A stretch of 64,000 nt of DNA, from contig NC_086108.1 of the NCBI RefSeq assembly GCF_963921235.1, positions 75,766,001 through 75,830,000 on the forward strand, read 5' to 3'. Shown piece by piece: positions 39,901-52,364 of this stretch; within the stretch, counting starts at the first letter, position 1, and each line of letters opens with the position of its first letter. The DNA comes from Mobula hypostoma (lineage: Eukaryota). A program made the position numbers and the translations under genes. The notes below the pieces were generated by a model. The model made no database searches. It had not been told where the DNA came from and saw only the letters and a list, made by a program, of their open reading frames with translations.

Positions 39901-41564
39901 TCCAGAGATTTGCTAAGAAGTTACCTCTTTCACCCCGATGACTTGTTTTCGTTCCACTTCAGTTTTAAAATTCTCACCCTTTAACTTTAGTTTCAATTCC
40001 TCCATGGGTCTAAATTCCCCTTTGCCAGCTCAGTTACCCGCTGGTTCTGGGATCTTACTCATCTGTAAGTGTAATGAATTCTTCAAACTGTGCGGATGCC
40101 CGAATCTCGAGAATATTCCCCTTGAGTAGTTATACCTCTACCTTGTTTCCTTCGAACCAGTCTCTTCCTCCGCGCTTTTGGCTAGCTGCCCTGGAGTATC
40201 TTGGCAACTTTATTAGGGTGTATTTATACTAAAAAAAAACTACGTAAACAAGTTGTTATTCAGGTAATAACAATAGTAAAGACATTTTAAAGCGTTTCCC
40301 TGCCACATTCTCAGACAATTTCGCACATACGAAGTAGTGGAATGTTTGTGTACAAAATTGAAGCTCAAACGAAACAGAACCCTTGATTAAACTAAATATT
40401 TTGCTACCCGACACGACAAAAATTATCAAGCTTTGCAGACTTTCACTTCGTCCAACACGGAGAACAGCCACCCATGGATCTATGTGGCTATTTTTAAAAC
40501 TTTTTCGTCAACACTTATCGATTAGCATGTTTGTTTATAAAGAGCCACCAAACCTGGTCCAATCCTAAATGGACAAGCACTACAATTCTTCGTACCAACG
40601 CACGAATTCAACTCCCTCACGGCTCGACAAAATAGCCAAAATCCACGGAAAGACGAAAATGTAATTTAACCAGAGGAACCGCAATGTTTAGGGTAGACTC
40701 ACCATCACCATCTTCAGGGCAACGAGAGACAGGAAACAAACTCTGACTTCGGTCGGACCGTTTCCAATACTTATAACCAACGTACAGGAACATTGCTTTT
40801 TGCTTTGCAAGTTAAAACCCATTGCTGCTTCTTTACCACTTGTCTGCTTCTATTTCTCTTTTTCTTCGCCCTTGACTTTTTTAACCTCTTCTGCTTCGCT
40901 CGTGTATTTATATTACAAGAAGCGTGGTTGGGAAGATTAACTATTGCTTCTTTCTTTATTGTTTTTTTCTGGAGGAAAATATCTCCCATCTCTCATGAAA
41001 TCGCTTATGTAAAATATCAAACAAGATCTGGATGGTCTTCCTTTGTCTGTCTGACTCTTCCTTTGTTTCATATATCAGCAATTAACATGTTTACATTTTC
41101 ATTTACCAAGTAAACCAGTGAGAAAATTGGAAACTTGGTTTCATTCAAAGTTTTTTTTAAATATTAGCCAAAATATGTTTTTGAAATTTTGGAGTATTAT
41201 TTAAAATTCATTTTATACAATGTAGGTTTCATTATGAGACCAGATCTATTACCCATCCCTTATTCTCCTTCAGAAATGATGGTTAGCTACCTTTATTTTA
41301 GCCAGAGGATAGTGAATCTGTGGAATTCATTGCCACAGACAGCTCCAGAGGCTTGGGTATTGGTTGATAGATATTTGAGTAGTAAGGGCATCAAAGGTTA
41401 CAGGGAAAATCAATGAGCCATGATCAAATGATGTCATGGGCTCAATGGGCCAAATAGCCTAATTCTGTTCCAATGTCTTATGACCTGTAGTTTATAGTCA
41501 TTTTATGCTGCAGCAATATTCATAGACTTATTAATCATCATAGGATGTAGATATCACTGACAGT

Positions 41565-42762
41565 TCTATCTATAAGGAGTTTGCACATTCTCCCCATGAC
41601 TGCATGAGTTTCCTCCAACTGACCATAAGATATAGGAACAGAATTAGACCATTTGACTCATTGAGTCTGTTCTACCATTTCATCTTGGCTGATCCATTGC
41701 CCTTTCAGCCCCAATCTCCTGCCTTCACGCCCTGACTAATTAAACCTGTGTGAATTTTCTCCCACAGTCTAAAGATGTTCCAGTTGGTAGGTTAATTGGT
41801 CGTTGTAATTTTTTTATTATTTCAAAATATACTTTATTCAAAAATAAATATGTACAATAAACCATTCAATAACTTTTCATCCTTTACATACGTTTCCATT
41901 ATAGTCAGTACATATCCGTATTTATAGCCACCCACGTGGCACTCCAGTAGTTCAGCTTACCATATCATTGTTGAGGGGTATACTCCCCGCCCACCGACCA
42001 CCCCCCCCCCCACTCCCACGGGTGGAGAAACTCATACTGTGGTCCTTCCCCACCGGGCCCTTGCGGTGGCTGCACCGAGTTTCAGTGCGTCCCTCAGCAC
42101 GTACTCCTGCAGCCGAGAATGTGCCAGTCGGGTGCTGGTAGAGCATCAAGTTTCGGGCCGACCAAAGAGCATCTTTCACCGAGTTGATGATCTGCCAGCA
42201 GCACCGGATGTTGGTCTCCGTATGCGTCCCCGGGAACAGCCCGTAGATCAGAGAGTCCTCTGTTACGCAGCTGCTGGGGATAAAATGTGACACTAGCCCG
42301 TCCATCCTCCTCCACACCCTCTTTGCGAACTGGCAGTGTGCAAAGAGGTGGGTCACAGACTCCTCCTCACTGCAGTCCTCCCGTGAGCAGTGGGGTGCGG
42401 AGACGACGTTCCGGGCGTACAGGAGGGCTCTGACTGGGAGGGCCCCTCTCACCGCCAGCCAGGCGAGGTCTTGGTTCCTGTTGGTGAGATCTGGCGATGA
42501 GGCATTTTGGCAGATGAACTGGACAGTCTGCTCAGGGAACCACCCCACTGTGTCCATCACGTCCTTCTCCTGCAGTGCCTGTAGGACACTACGTGCCGAC
42601 CACTGCCTGATGGCCCTGTGGTCAAAGGCGTTCTCCTGGAAGCACTTTGTAAATTGCCCCGTGATTAGGCTACGGTTAAATCAGGGGTTGCTGGGTGGGT
42701 GTGGCTTGAAGGACCGGAAGGACCTAATCCATGCTCTAGCTCAATAAATAAATAAAAATAAA
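41565..42762 (+). mobile_element. V-SINE split by a CR1 tail (about 41620-41745) and an L1-Tx1 fragment
   Basis: V-domain at 41570-41616 and 41755-41808; tail resumes at 42647 and matches 37440-37527. Confidence 0.75.
41809..42646 (-). mobile_element. 5'-truncated L1/Tx1-clade LINE (C-terminal CCHC zinc knuckle)
   Basis: DLAWLAVRGALPVR...PHCSREDCSEEESVTHLFAHCQFAKRVW, poly(A)-like end (T run on + strand), TSD TTGTAA at 41803-41808 / 42647-42652. Confidence 0.85.
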
Positions 42763-43149
42763 TTTCAGCATTGAATATTAATCTTTAATTGTCCTTGGGA
42801 AGGTAATGATAACCCACCCTCTTGAACTGTTGCAGACTTGTGATAAAGGTATATCCACAGTGTTATTACAGTAATGCAGAACTCCAGAATTTGGAACCAA
42901 TTAAAATAAAGGACTATCTAAATGTACAGGAGTGAAGCTTGCATATAATGATATCATAAGTCCCAAGTGTCCCTCCCCATGGTGCCCATGAAACCTATAG
43001 GATGTCTGTCAAGCCTGCCTTCATATACCATTCAAGGCACTCTGCCTTGTCTTCTTGCCTGCCTGTACGCACAATGCTACCTGTACCAGAGGCCCTGCAA
43101 ACTTGTTTCTAGCCCATGAAGTTCCATGAAGCCCTAAATTTGTGAAATT

Positions 43150-46100
43150 AGCTTTCCAGTCTTAATTCAAGATTACTTAATGTCATTTCCAGTACACAAT
43201 TGTAAAGGAGAATGAAATAATTATTACTCGAGATCTGATGCAGCAAAAAAAGAACAGTAAGATGAACACAGTAATAAAAAATGCAAGAAATATAAATACA
43301 TAAGATAGCTTATATACATAGCTTGATTGCATGTCTACACATGTCTACAAAGTGATGCTAGGCACAAAGTGTCTGTACATAGGTGATTGACAGGAAATGA
43401 TAAAGTGGTGGTGGAGGGGTAGGTTAGTGGGTCGAGGTGTTGATCAACCTTACAATTTGGAGAAAGTCATTGTTTTTGAGTCTGGTGGTTCTGGCTTGGA
43501 TGCAACATAGCCTCACACTTTGTAATGGAAAATAGAAGATAGAAGGTGCTTGTCCCATGGGCCAAGCCCTTCGGTCCACAATGTCATGCTGAAGTAAAAA
43601 ACCAATGAATCCTAATTAATTTAATTTCTTTTCCCCACACATTGACCATATCGCTCCCTTCTCTGCATTGTTATGTACCTAAGTGTCTCTTAAATGCTCC
43701 TGTGCTATCTGCCTCTACCACCACTCCTAGCAACCACTCTCTGTGTACTTCCCGAGCAGGCTAAAGAAATTTGGTATATCTTTATTGACCCTTACCCATT
43801 TTTATCAATGCAGCATAAAAAAGCATTCTACCTGGATGCATAAAAACTTGGTAGGGCAACATGACCGCAAGAAACTGCAAAGTGTTGTGGACTTCATGGA
43901 AACCATCCTCCCCTCTATATCTATTGCCAGCTTGTACTTCTTACCCTCCCCCGCCTTATTATTCTGACTTTCGCTCCCTTCCTTTCCAGTCTTGATGAGG
44001 GGTCTTGGCCCAAAACATCATCTATTTATTCTCCTACATAGCTGCTGTCTGAGTTCAAAGTTACAATTTAATGTCAAAGAAATATATACAATATACATCC
44101 TGAAATTCTTTTTCTTCACAGCTATCCACGAAAACAGAGTGCCCCAATGAATGAATGGCAGTTAAGTGTTAGAACCCTACAGCCCTCCCCAGCTCCCCCC
44201 TCCCACCCATAAGCAGCAGCATTTTGTGTGTTCTTCCCCTCTGTGGACTCTTATCTACACTTCTTGCAGCTTCAGTAAAGCAGCTAGTATAGTCAAAGAC
44301 CCAATCCATCCTGGACGTTCTCTCTTCTCCCCTCTCCCATAGGGCAGAAGACTCAAAAGCCTGAAAGCACATACAACCAGCTCAAGGACTGCTGCTTCTA
44401 TCACACTGTTATTAGACTCCTGAATGGGCCTCTTGTATAATAAAATGGATTCTTGACTTCACAATCTACATTGTTATGATTTTGCACCTTATTGTTTGCA
44501 AATATTGCAATTTCTCTGCAGCTGTTACACTTTATTCTGCATTGTTATTGTTTGATCTGTATGAACAGTATGCATAACAAGCTTATTACTGCATCTTGAT
44601 AAATGTGACAATAATAATCAATATAATTTGCCTAGCACAATTCCTTTCTCCTTCCCCCTTTCACCTTAAAAGCATGCCCTCTTGTACTAGATACTTAAAT
44701 CCTGGGGAAAAGATACTGGCTATCTACCAATGCCTCGCATAATTTTATAAACTTAAATCAATCCCCTCACACTCACTGCTCTAGAGAAAACAGCCCCAGC
44801 TTTTCCAACTTCTCCTCATAGTATGTCTTCTAAAGCAGACACCATCCTGGTAGACCTCCTCTGTATCCTCTCCAAAGCCTCTATATCCTTCCTATAATGA
44901 GGAAACCAGAACTGGATGCCATCTCTAAATGTGACTTAACCAAAGTTTTACAAAGCTGCAACAGAACTTTCTGGCTCTTGAACTCAGTGCCACAACTAAT
45001 GAAGGTAAGCATGCCGTGTTCCTTCTGTCAATCTGTGTGGCCAGTTCTAAGGAGTCATGTACCTGGACCTCAAGATCCCACTGTAAAGGGTTCAATCATG
45101 AACTGTGTACTCTCTCTTTATGTTGGATCTCCTAAAGAGCAATGCCTCATTCTTGTCCAGAGTAAATGCCATAAACCACTTAGCCCATCTCTATGACAGA
45201 TCTCAATCCCAATGTATCTTTTGACAATCTTCTATTCAATCCACAATGCCACCAATATTTCTGTTGTCTTCAAATTTACTCACCTTCCCCCATATTGTCA
45301 TGCAATATAAGGTACCAGTACAGATCCCTGTGGAACACTATTAGTCACAGACCTGCATACATTATATTGTCATTGGACAGAGTCCAGAGGAGGTTAGAGG
45401 CTGATTCCAAGAATGAATGGGTTAACATACGAGGAGTGTTTAGCAGCTTTGGGCCTGTACTCACTGGAATATATAAGAATGTGTTTATAAGATTTCATTG
45501 AAACCTACTGAATGTTAAAGGGACCAGATAGAGTGGGTGTTGGAGAGGATGTTTCCTATTCAGGGGGTATCCAGAACTAGAGGACACAGCCTTAAAATTG
45601 AGGGGCAACCTTTTAGAACAGAGGGAAGGGAGAATTTATCAAGCAGACAGTAGTAAATCTGTGGAATGTTCTGCCACAGACAGCCATGGAGGCCGAGTCC
45701 ATGGGTATATTTAAGGTAGATGTTGAGAGTTTTCTGTTCAGTCATGGCATCAAAGAATATGGCAAGAAGGCAGATGTATAGGGTTGAATGGGATCCAGGA
45801 TCAACCATGAGAGAATGAAGGAGCAGACTAGATGGGCTGACTAGCCTAATTCTGCTCCTATGTCTTATGGTCTTATGCAGAATAAGGCCCATCTCTTCCA
45901 TGGGTAAGCCAATTTTGTTTCCAATCAGCAATGTCACTCTGGATCCCATGATTTCTAATTTTTGATTGAGCCTACCACCATGGGATCTTGTCGAATGCTT
46001 TACTAAAATCTATTTATACAACATCTACTACTTTACCTTCAAATACCTTCATTGCATCCTCAAAAAACTCAACCAGATTAGTCAGGCATAACCTGCAGAG
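43150..46100. mobile_element. Mosaic of Rex-Babar, CR1 and PLE-tail fragments
   Basis: RLKKFGI...FYQCSI (Rex, 43743-43920), PLE tail about 43930-44055, CR1 minus 44640-45350, CR1 plus 45370-45875. Confidence 0.7.
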
Positions 46101-47768
46101 GCATCAAGACTATAAAACTAGGACACAGTATGCAGCTTGCTTTAGAGCCTCCAAAAAGCCCTGAGATCTCTGATTTTTAAATGGACCATTCAAATTAAAA
46201 TCCAGATAACTCAAAAAGGAGCCCAAGGACCTGTGAACAAAATGAAGAAGAACCCAGTGGACAAAATGGTAAGAATGGTGGTCTGTATCCCTTCCAAGCT
46301 GTCTAAAATTATCAATATCAGATTATGCATGAGTTTGGGTTTCTCATGAACCGCCCTCAAAAGTGATTTACATTGTAATTCTAGCCCTCTTTGCAAAAAG
46401 TTAGACACCGCTCTTCAGGGCAGCAGATGTTGTTGGTTTGGATTGATTTTCAGAGGATCTGTGGCAAGTTGATATAGTGCAGTTGTGGATGGCACAGAGT
46501 TTGTTGTGACATTAGTAATGAATTGACAAGACAACGCAGGGTCCCAATCAAGCAGACTTCTTTATTGCAGTTATCAAAGTATTTGTTCATATTCACAACA
46601 GCATGGTGGAAAGGTTTTGGAGGTAATTGAGTCACTTTCAACACAACATTTTGTCTTTGACCTGTTCTCATTGAAACTGTTCATATGGATGATAAGGTTA
46701 AGCTTTGAGTGATGTTAATCCCTCTAATTATCAAAAGAAGGTGTTTAGACTCTTTCTTGCACCTGTGGCATGAATAATGCTGTGTATTACCAACATGTTG
46801 CGTGATAAGATCGTCTGGTGGGATCATTTTTTAAACAAGTGCATACATGCAGGTCTGTACTTCCTTACAAATGGAGAGGATGGAAAATTCAGAAAATAGA
46901 TGACTTTAAGTGTCCCACACAACTGAGTTATAACATTGGCATCAACAAAAAAACTATAAGAGAAAAATGGCTAGATTTTTTTCCATATAAAAAGTATACA
47001 AGGAAAAAAATCGATTTTACTTAAATAGATTGTGACAATATTATCTGAATTTCCCATCTATTGCTATTTTGTATGTCTATCTGTCTAACACATATTTTGT
47101 ATGTTTCCACACTATTACAAATGCATTCCTTTGCTTTTCCGGTACTGGAGACAATATTACAATTGCTGTTAGTCTGTAGCTAAACAAAGATCCAGAATAG
47201 TTCCTTTGTCTTGGGTGCACCGTTGTTTATAAATAATATTCTTTGCTTTAGTGGAAGCTATCTACAATAAACTGAAAAATATGTAGGAAAGAAATCTTTT
47301 CCATGAAATGTAACAGTAAGTTCAGATTTAAGGGATGGCAGGAACATCAAGCGCTGGCATCAAATTGTAATTTTGCTTTGCATTAAATAGGTTACAAGAT
47401 CATAGATGTACAGTTGAAGTCAGAAGATTACATACACCTTAGCCAAATACATTTAAACTTAGTTTTTCACAATTCCTGACATTTAATCCTAGAAAACATT
47501 CCCTGCCTTAGGTTGGTTAGGATCACTACTTTATTTTAAGAATGTGAAATGTCAGAATAATAGTAGAGAGAATGATTTATTTCAGCTTTTATTTCTTTCA
47601 TCGCTTTCCCAGTGGGTCAGAAGTTTACATACATTTTGTTGGTATTTAGTAGCATTGCCTTTAAATTGTTTAATTTAGGTCAAATGTTTTGGGTAGCCTT
47701 CCACAAGCTTCTCACAGTAAGTTGCTGGAATCTTGTTCCATTCCTCCAGACAGAACTGATGTAACTGA

Positions 47769-47974
47769 CATCAAAGTTGCTGGTGAACGCAGCAGGCCAA
47801 GCAGCATCTATAGGAAGAGGCGCAGTCGACGTTTCAGGCCGAGTCCTGACGAAGGGTCTCGGCCTGAAACGTCGACTGCGCCTCTTCCTATAGATGCTGC
47901 TTGGCCTGCTGCGTTCACCAGCAACTTTGATGTATGTTGCTTGAATTTCCAGCATCTGCAGAATTCCTGTTGTT
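47769..47974 (+). mobile_element. Short fold-back PLE tail insertion in the left arm of the Tc1
   Basis: 12-bp TSD TGATGTAACTGA (47757-47768 / 47975-47986); perfect 76-bp inverted repeat 47768-47843 / 47858-47933. Confidence 0.92.
47842..47877 (+). ncRNA. Minimal hammerhead ribozyme motif (best-preserved copy); predicted cleavage after C47873
   Basis: Helix I AGTC/GACT, core CTGACGA 47846-47852, helix II GGGT-CTCG-GCCT, GAAA 47866-47869, palindromic ACGT helix III, GUC triplet. Confidence 0.7.
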
Positions 47975-49954
47975 TGATGTAACTGAGTCAGGTTTCTAGG
48001 CCTCCTTGCTCGTACACACTTTTTCAGTTCTGCCCACAAATTTTCTGTCAGATTCAGGTCAGAAAATGATGTCAACTCTGGTTTATCCTTGGGAGCACTT
48101 TCCAAATGCCTGAAGGTACCACGTTCATCTGTATAATCAATAATACACAAGTATAAACACCATGGGACCACGCAGCTGTCATACCGCTCAGGAAGGAGAC
48201 ACATTCTGTCTCCTAGAGATGAATGTACTTTGGTGCAAAAAGTGCAAACCAATCCCAGAACAACAGCAAAGGACCTTGTGAAGATGCTGGAGGAAACAGG
48301 TAGACAGGTATCTATATCCACAGTAAAACGAGTCCTATATCGACATAACCTGAAAGGCTGCTCAGCAAGGAAGAAGCCACTGCTCCAAAACCACCATAAA
48401 AAACCCAGACGACAGTTTGCAAGTGCACATGGGGACAAAGATCTTACTTTTTGGAGAAATGTCTTCTGGTCTGATGAAACAAAAATTGAATTGTTTGGCC
48501 ATAATGACCATCGTTATGTTCGGAGGAAAAAGGGTGAGGCTTGCAAGCCAAAGAGCACCATCCCAACCATGAAGCATGGGGGTGGCAGCATCATATTGTG
48601 GGGGCTTTGCTGCAGAAGGGTCTGGTGCACTTCACAAAATAGATGGCATCATGAGGAAGGAAAATTATGTGGATATATTGAAGCAACATCTTAAGACATC
48701 AGCCAGGAAGTTAAAGCTCGGTCGCAAATGGGTTTTCCAAACGGACAATGACCCCAAGCATACCTCCAAAGTTGTGACAAAATTGCTTAAGGACAACAAA
48801 GTCAAGGTATTGGAGTGGCCATCACAAAGCCCTGACCTCAATCTGATAGAAAATTTGTGGGCAGAACTGAAAAAGCGTGTGCGAGTAAGGAGGCCTACAA
48901 ACCTGACTCAGTTACACCAGTTCTGTCTGGAGGAATGGAACAAAATTCCAGCAACTTACTGAGAGAAGCTTGTGGAAGACTACCCAAAATGTTTGACCCA
49001 AGTTAAACGATTTAAAGGCAATGCTACCAAATACTAACAAAATGTTTGTAAACTTCTGACCCACTGGGAAAGTGATGAAAGAAATAAAAGCTGAAATAAA
49101 TCATTCTCTCTACTATTATTCTGACAGTTCACATTCTTAAAGTAAAAGTAGTGATCCTAACTGACCTAAGACAGGGAATGTTTTCTAGGATTAAACGTCA
49201 GGAATTGTGAAAAACTGAGTTTAAATGTATTTGGCTAAGGTATATGTAAACTTCTGACTTCAACTGTAGATCTCCAGGAGCAGCTGCTGATTAATTTTCA
49301 AGCCTTTCTTTATTATTTCAAGTGAAGTGTATTTGGGATATTTAGGGAATATCTTGTAATTAGCATTACTCTGTAACGTATCTGGAAGTTCAACTATGTT
49401 TTACATTTTTTTAAACTTTAAAAATGAATGAAGTTTTTCATTTTTCTACTTATCTTTCCATTCAGTGATTACTTTGCTATTTTTCTTTGAATGTAACAAT
49501 GTAGCAAATTCTTAATCTGCACTGCCAAACCTGCCTCATGAATTTTTCTGCAGGTGTGACACCACTTGAATCCAGCTAGTTTTATCAATTAATTGTTGTC
49601 ACTGGAACTTGTTATTTATCTTTAGTCTGAGTATAAAACAACTATGACTTCTCTTATGTCTTTGTTTCTTCTTTGTTTAGGCTTTATACCCCACTCTCGA
49701 CTTCTAAAGAACTTCAGGATCAATATCACTAGATCTAGCATACCTCATAAGACTATTCTCAGTTCCCTAATTTACTCCTTAGAAAACCGACAAATGCATG
49801 GCTAGATTCTGGTTAATTTATTTTTGTAACAATTTGGTTTATGTGCTGTGTGTGATATATGTTTTTATGGGTGCACCGTGGTCTAGAGGAGCATTGTTTC
49901 GTTTGGTTGTATACAGTATATATACAGTCAGTTGACAATAAACTTGAACTTGAA

Positions 49955-51095
49955 ATTCAATCTGTAGAAGAATTTAGACAGATTCGGAAAATGGGCAAAG
50001 AAGGAGGAGGAGTTTAGGAAAGACAATTGTGCCTCATGGCAACTCCTTTGATTGTATCTTCAGAAACAGCTCTATTTCTTCAATATCTCTATTTTTCCCT
50101 TTCAGGGTTCTTTTGAAGACCCTGACCTGGAGTTACACGCTGACTTCGGTTCTTTGCGGGAATGGGACTCGCTCTCAGGGTCTCACAACTGGCTGTTATT
50201 CGATATGCCAAGGACGCGGCCTAGAAGATTAGCTCGCTTTTGGAGTTTCGGGATGTCATGTCTCTGGAGGTGAGCGGACCCGAGGTCGGTGCCTCTGCAG
50301 GAAATCGTTGTGTCAAGGGAGATGGAAGATCGCTGGCTGTGTGCCCAGAGACCCGAGTTCTTTGGGCACAGAGCTCAGAAAAAGCAACACAATGCACTTT
50401 TAACATTGTAAATCAGAAGTTGTTTGTTATGTCTCCCCTCTCTGTGTGTAACAGAGATACCCCTTTTCCCCTTATTAGGGAGAGAGAGAGCCTTTGGTAT
50501 GTCGAATACCAGGTGAACGAGTAGTCTTTGGGGTACTGCAAGTCTGTGTCTTTATTGATGCTTTGCTGCACGCTTGAATGCTCAGTAGGGAGGGCAGATG
50601 CTTTTTTTTGCTGTTGGGGAGGGGAGAACGTTGGCTTGCTGCTGCTTACACGTGGGAGGAGGGAGCTGGGGGGCTTTGGGGTTCTAACATTTAACTGTCA
50701 TCCATTCTTTGGGGCACTTTTCTGTTTTTGCGGATGGTTGCAAAGAAAAAGTATTTCAGGATGTATATTGTATACATTTCTCTGACATTAAATGTACTTT
50801 TGAAACCTTTGAAGTGGCAGACTGAATACAGTGTGGGAAGTGGATGCTTATGCATTCAGAAGAAGGAATAAATGCATGGACTATTTTCTAGACCGTGAGT
50901 AAATTCAGAAATCAGAGGTGTAAAGGAACTTGGGAGCCCTTGTGCAGGAACCCCTAAAGATTAACTTGCAAGTTGAATCAGTGGTAAGGACTCAATGTTA
51001 GCATTCATTTTGAGAGAACTAGAATATAAAAGCCAGGATGTAATCTGAGATTGACGAGAATTATCCTGGGAGTGAAAGGGTTAACATATGAGGAG
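49955..51095 (+). mobile_element. CR1 fragment interrupted by an ~800-bp retroposon with a Rex-type (CTTTGAA)n tail (about 50005-50812)
   Basis: CR1 sequence stops at GGGCAAAGAAG and resumes at GAAGTGGCAG; the insert ends ATTAAATGTACTTTTGAAACCTTTGAA. Confidence 0.6.
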
Positions 51096-52364
51096 ATCAG
51101 TCTTCTATGGTGATTCTTTTAAAGGCAAATCTATACAGTATTACAAAAGATTGCTTCAAAAGTAAAATAAAACCCACAGGAAACATGACATTGAAGAACT
51201 CACAATGCTAAGAGGTGGGTTCTTCTAATAGACACTGAGTTTAATTGTTAATATTGCCATATTTCATATTGTTATATATTGCAATATTTAGCAGAGTTCG
51301 GTTCCTTTTTAGTGCTTTGTTATTGATTATAAGATTTGTGTGTCTCAGTTTTATGTTTTTTTTAACTGTGTCTCATGCAGACAAGGAGGGAAGGCTGGGT
51401 TGGATACTTATTTGAGATACTTCTTCCAAGTTTCAGTGTCCTGTATTAAGTAAATAGAAAAAAATAATTAACTATGTCATTGTCAAAGATTACTAGCAAT
51501 TCAAGGAACTGCAGATACGTATTCTCTATTCTACTTCTCCAAAGGCCAATGAAATACTTATTGAAATACTTTACCCATATCAGAATTAATCTCTCAGCTG
51601 AAAATTTTCCACTATTGTGTCAGAGTTTTTCTGGTTATGATGTCTCATCTCTGAGGTGTCCTTCAGGCTTGAAGAACATTGCCTGCTCATCCTTCAATTG
51701 TAGATGGGATAATAAGCAAATAAATTGGAGAGGTAAGGAAGAAAAATGATTGAGTTAAAGCTAACTCATTGAAATATAACAGCATCTTAAGTTTTCTACT
51801 TTCATTTAGTCACCACTTCATTTTTGATGAAATGAATACTTGGCAATATCTTTATTATTGTATAGATGCATTGTTCTAACCTCTGGTTACTTATCTATTT
51901 AAAAAGAAATTTTTTAAATGGAACTGAAGAAGGGTTGGTTTTATAACATTGCGGTGATTGATTTGTCAATGCAACAAATTTATGTGTTCCCTTGTTCTGA
52001 AAGTTCAGAATTGAATTTCAGTGGTCACCTTCATTGTCAGAGGATTCATGAAGTGTCTCTTTAGGTAATAGAGTACCTCTCATTCAATATGAAACTCACA
52101 GTGGGAAGGATGGTAATCCTAGTTCCCTTAATGTAAATTGCCACAATACACAATACACAAACACTTCTGTTGTTCAGATTATTATCCATTCATTTAGATT
52201 TCTCAATGGGGAAACTCACAAATTATGTAAAATGGGGATTGTAGCTGCCATTTCACAATGGATCTTGATTATTTCTACATTTAAATTGGGCCTAGTCAGC
52301 TTCACCACAACTCTGAGAACGTAATGTGCACATAACAATAAGAAAATTCCACAGTAGTTCATTT

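Larger units (their letters stand above)
47411..49266 (+). mobile_element. Sleeping Beauty-family Tc1 transposon with a defective transposase and two right-type ends
   Basis: TA|CAGTTGAAGTC...GACTTCAACTG|TA. Transposase NPRTTAKDLVKMLEETG...WSDETKIELFG...DNDPKHTSK...WPSQSPDLNLIENLWAELK (DD34E); N-terminus missing, frameshift near 48600, stop at 48960. Confidence 0.95.

Noticed and set aside
47680..48438. 252-aa minus-strand ORF as a novel gene
   Set aside because: Chimera of antisense Tc1, the inverted transposase C-terminus and the PLE palindrome.
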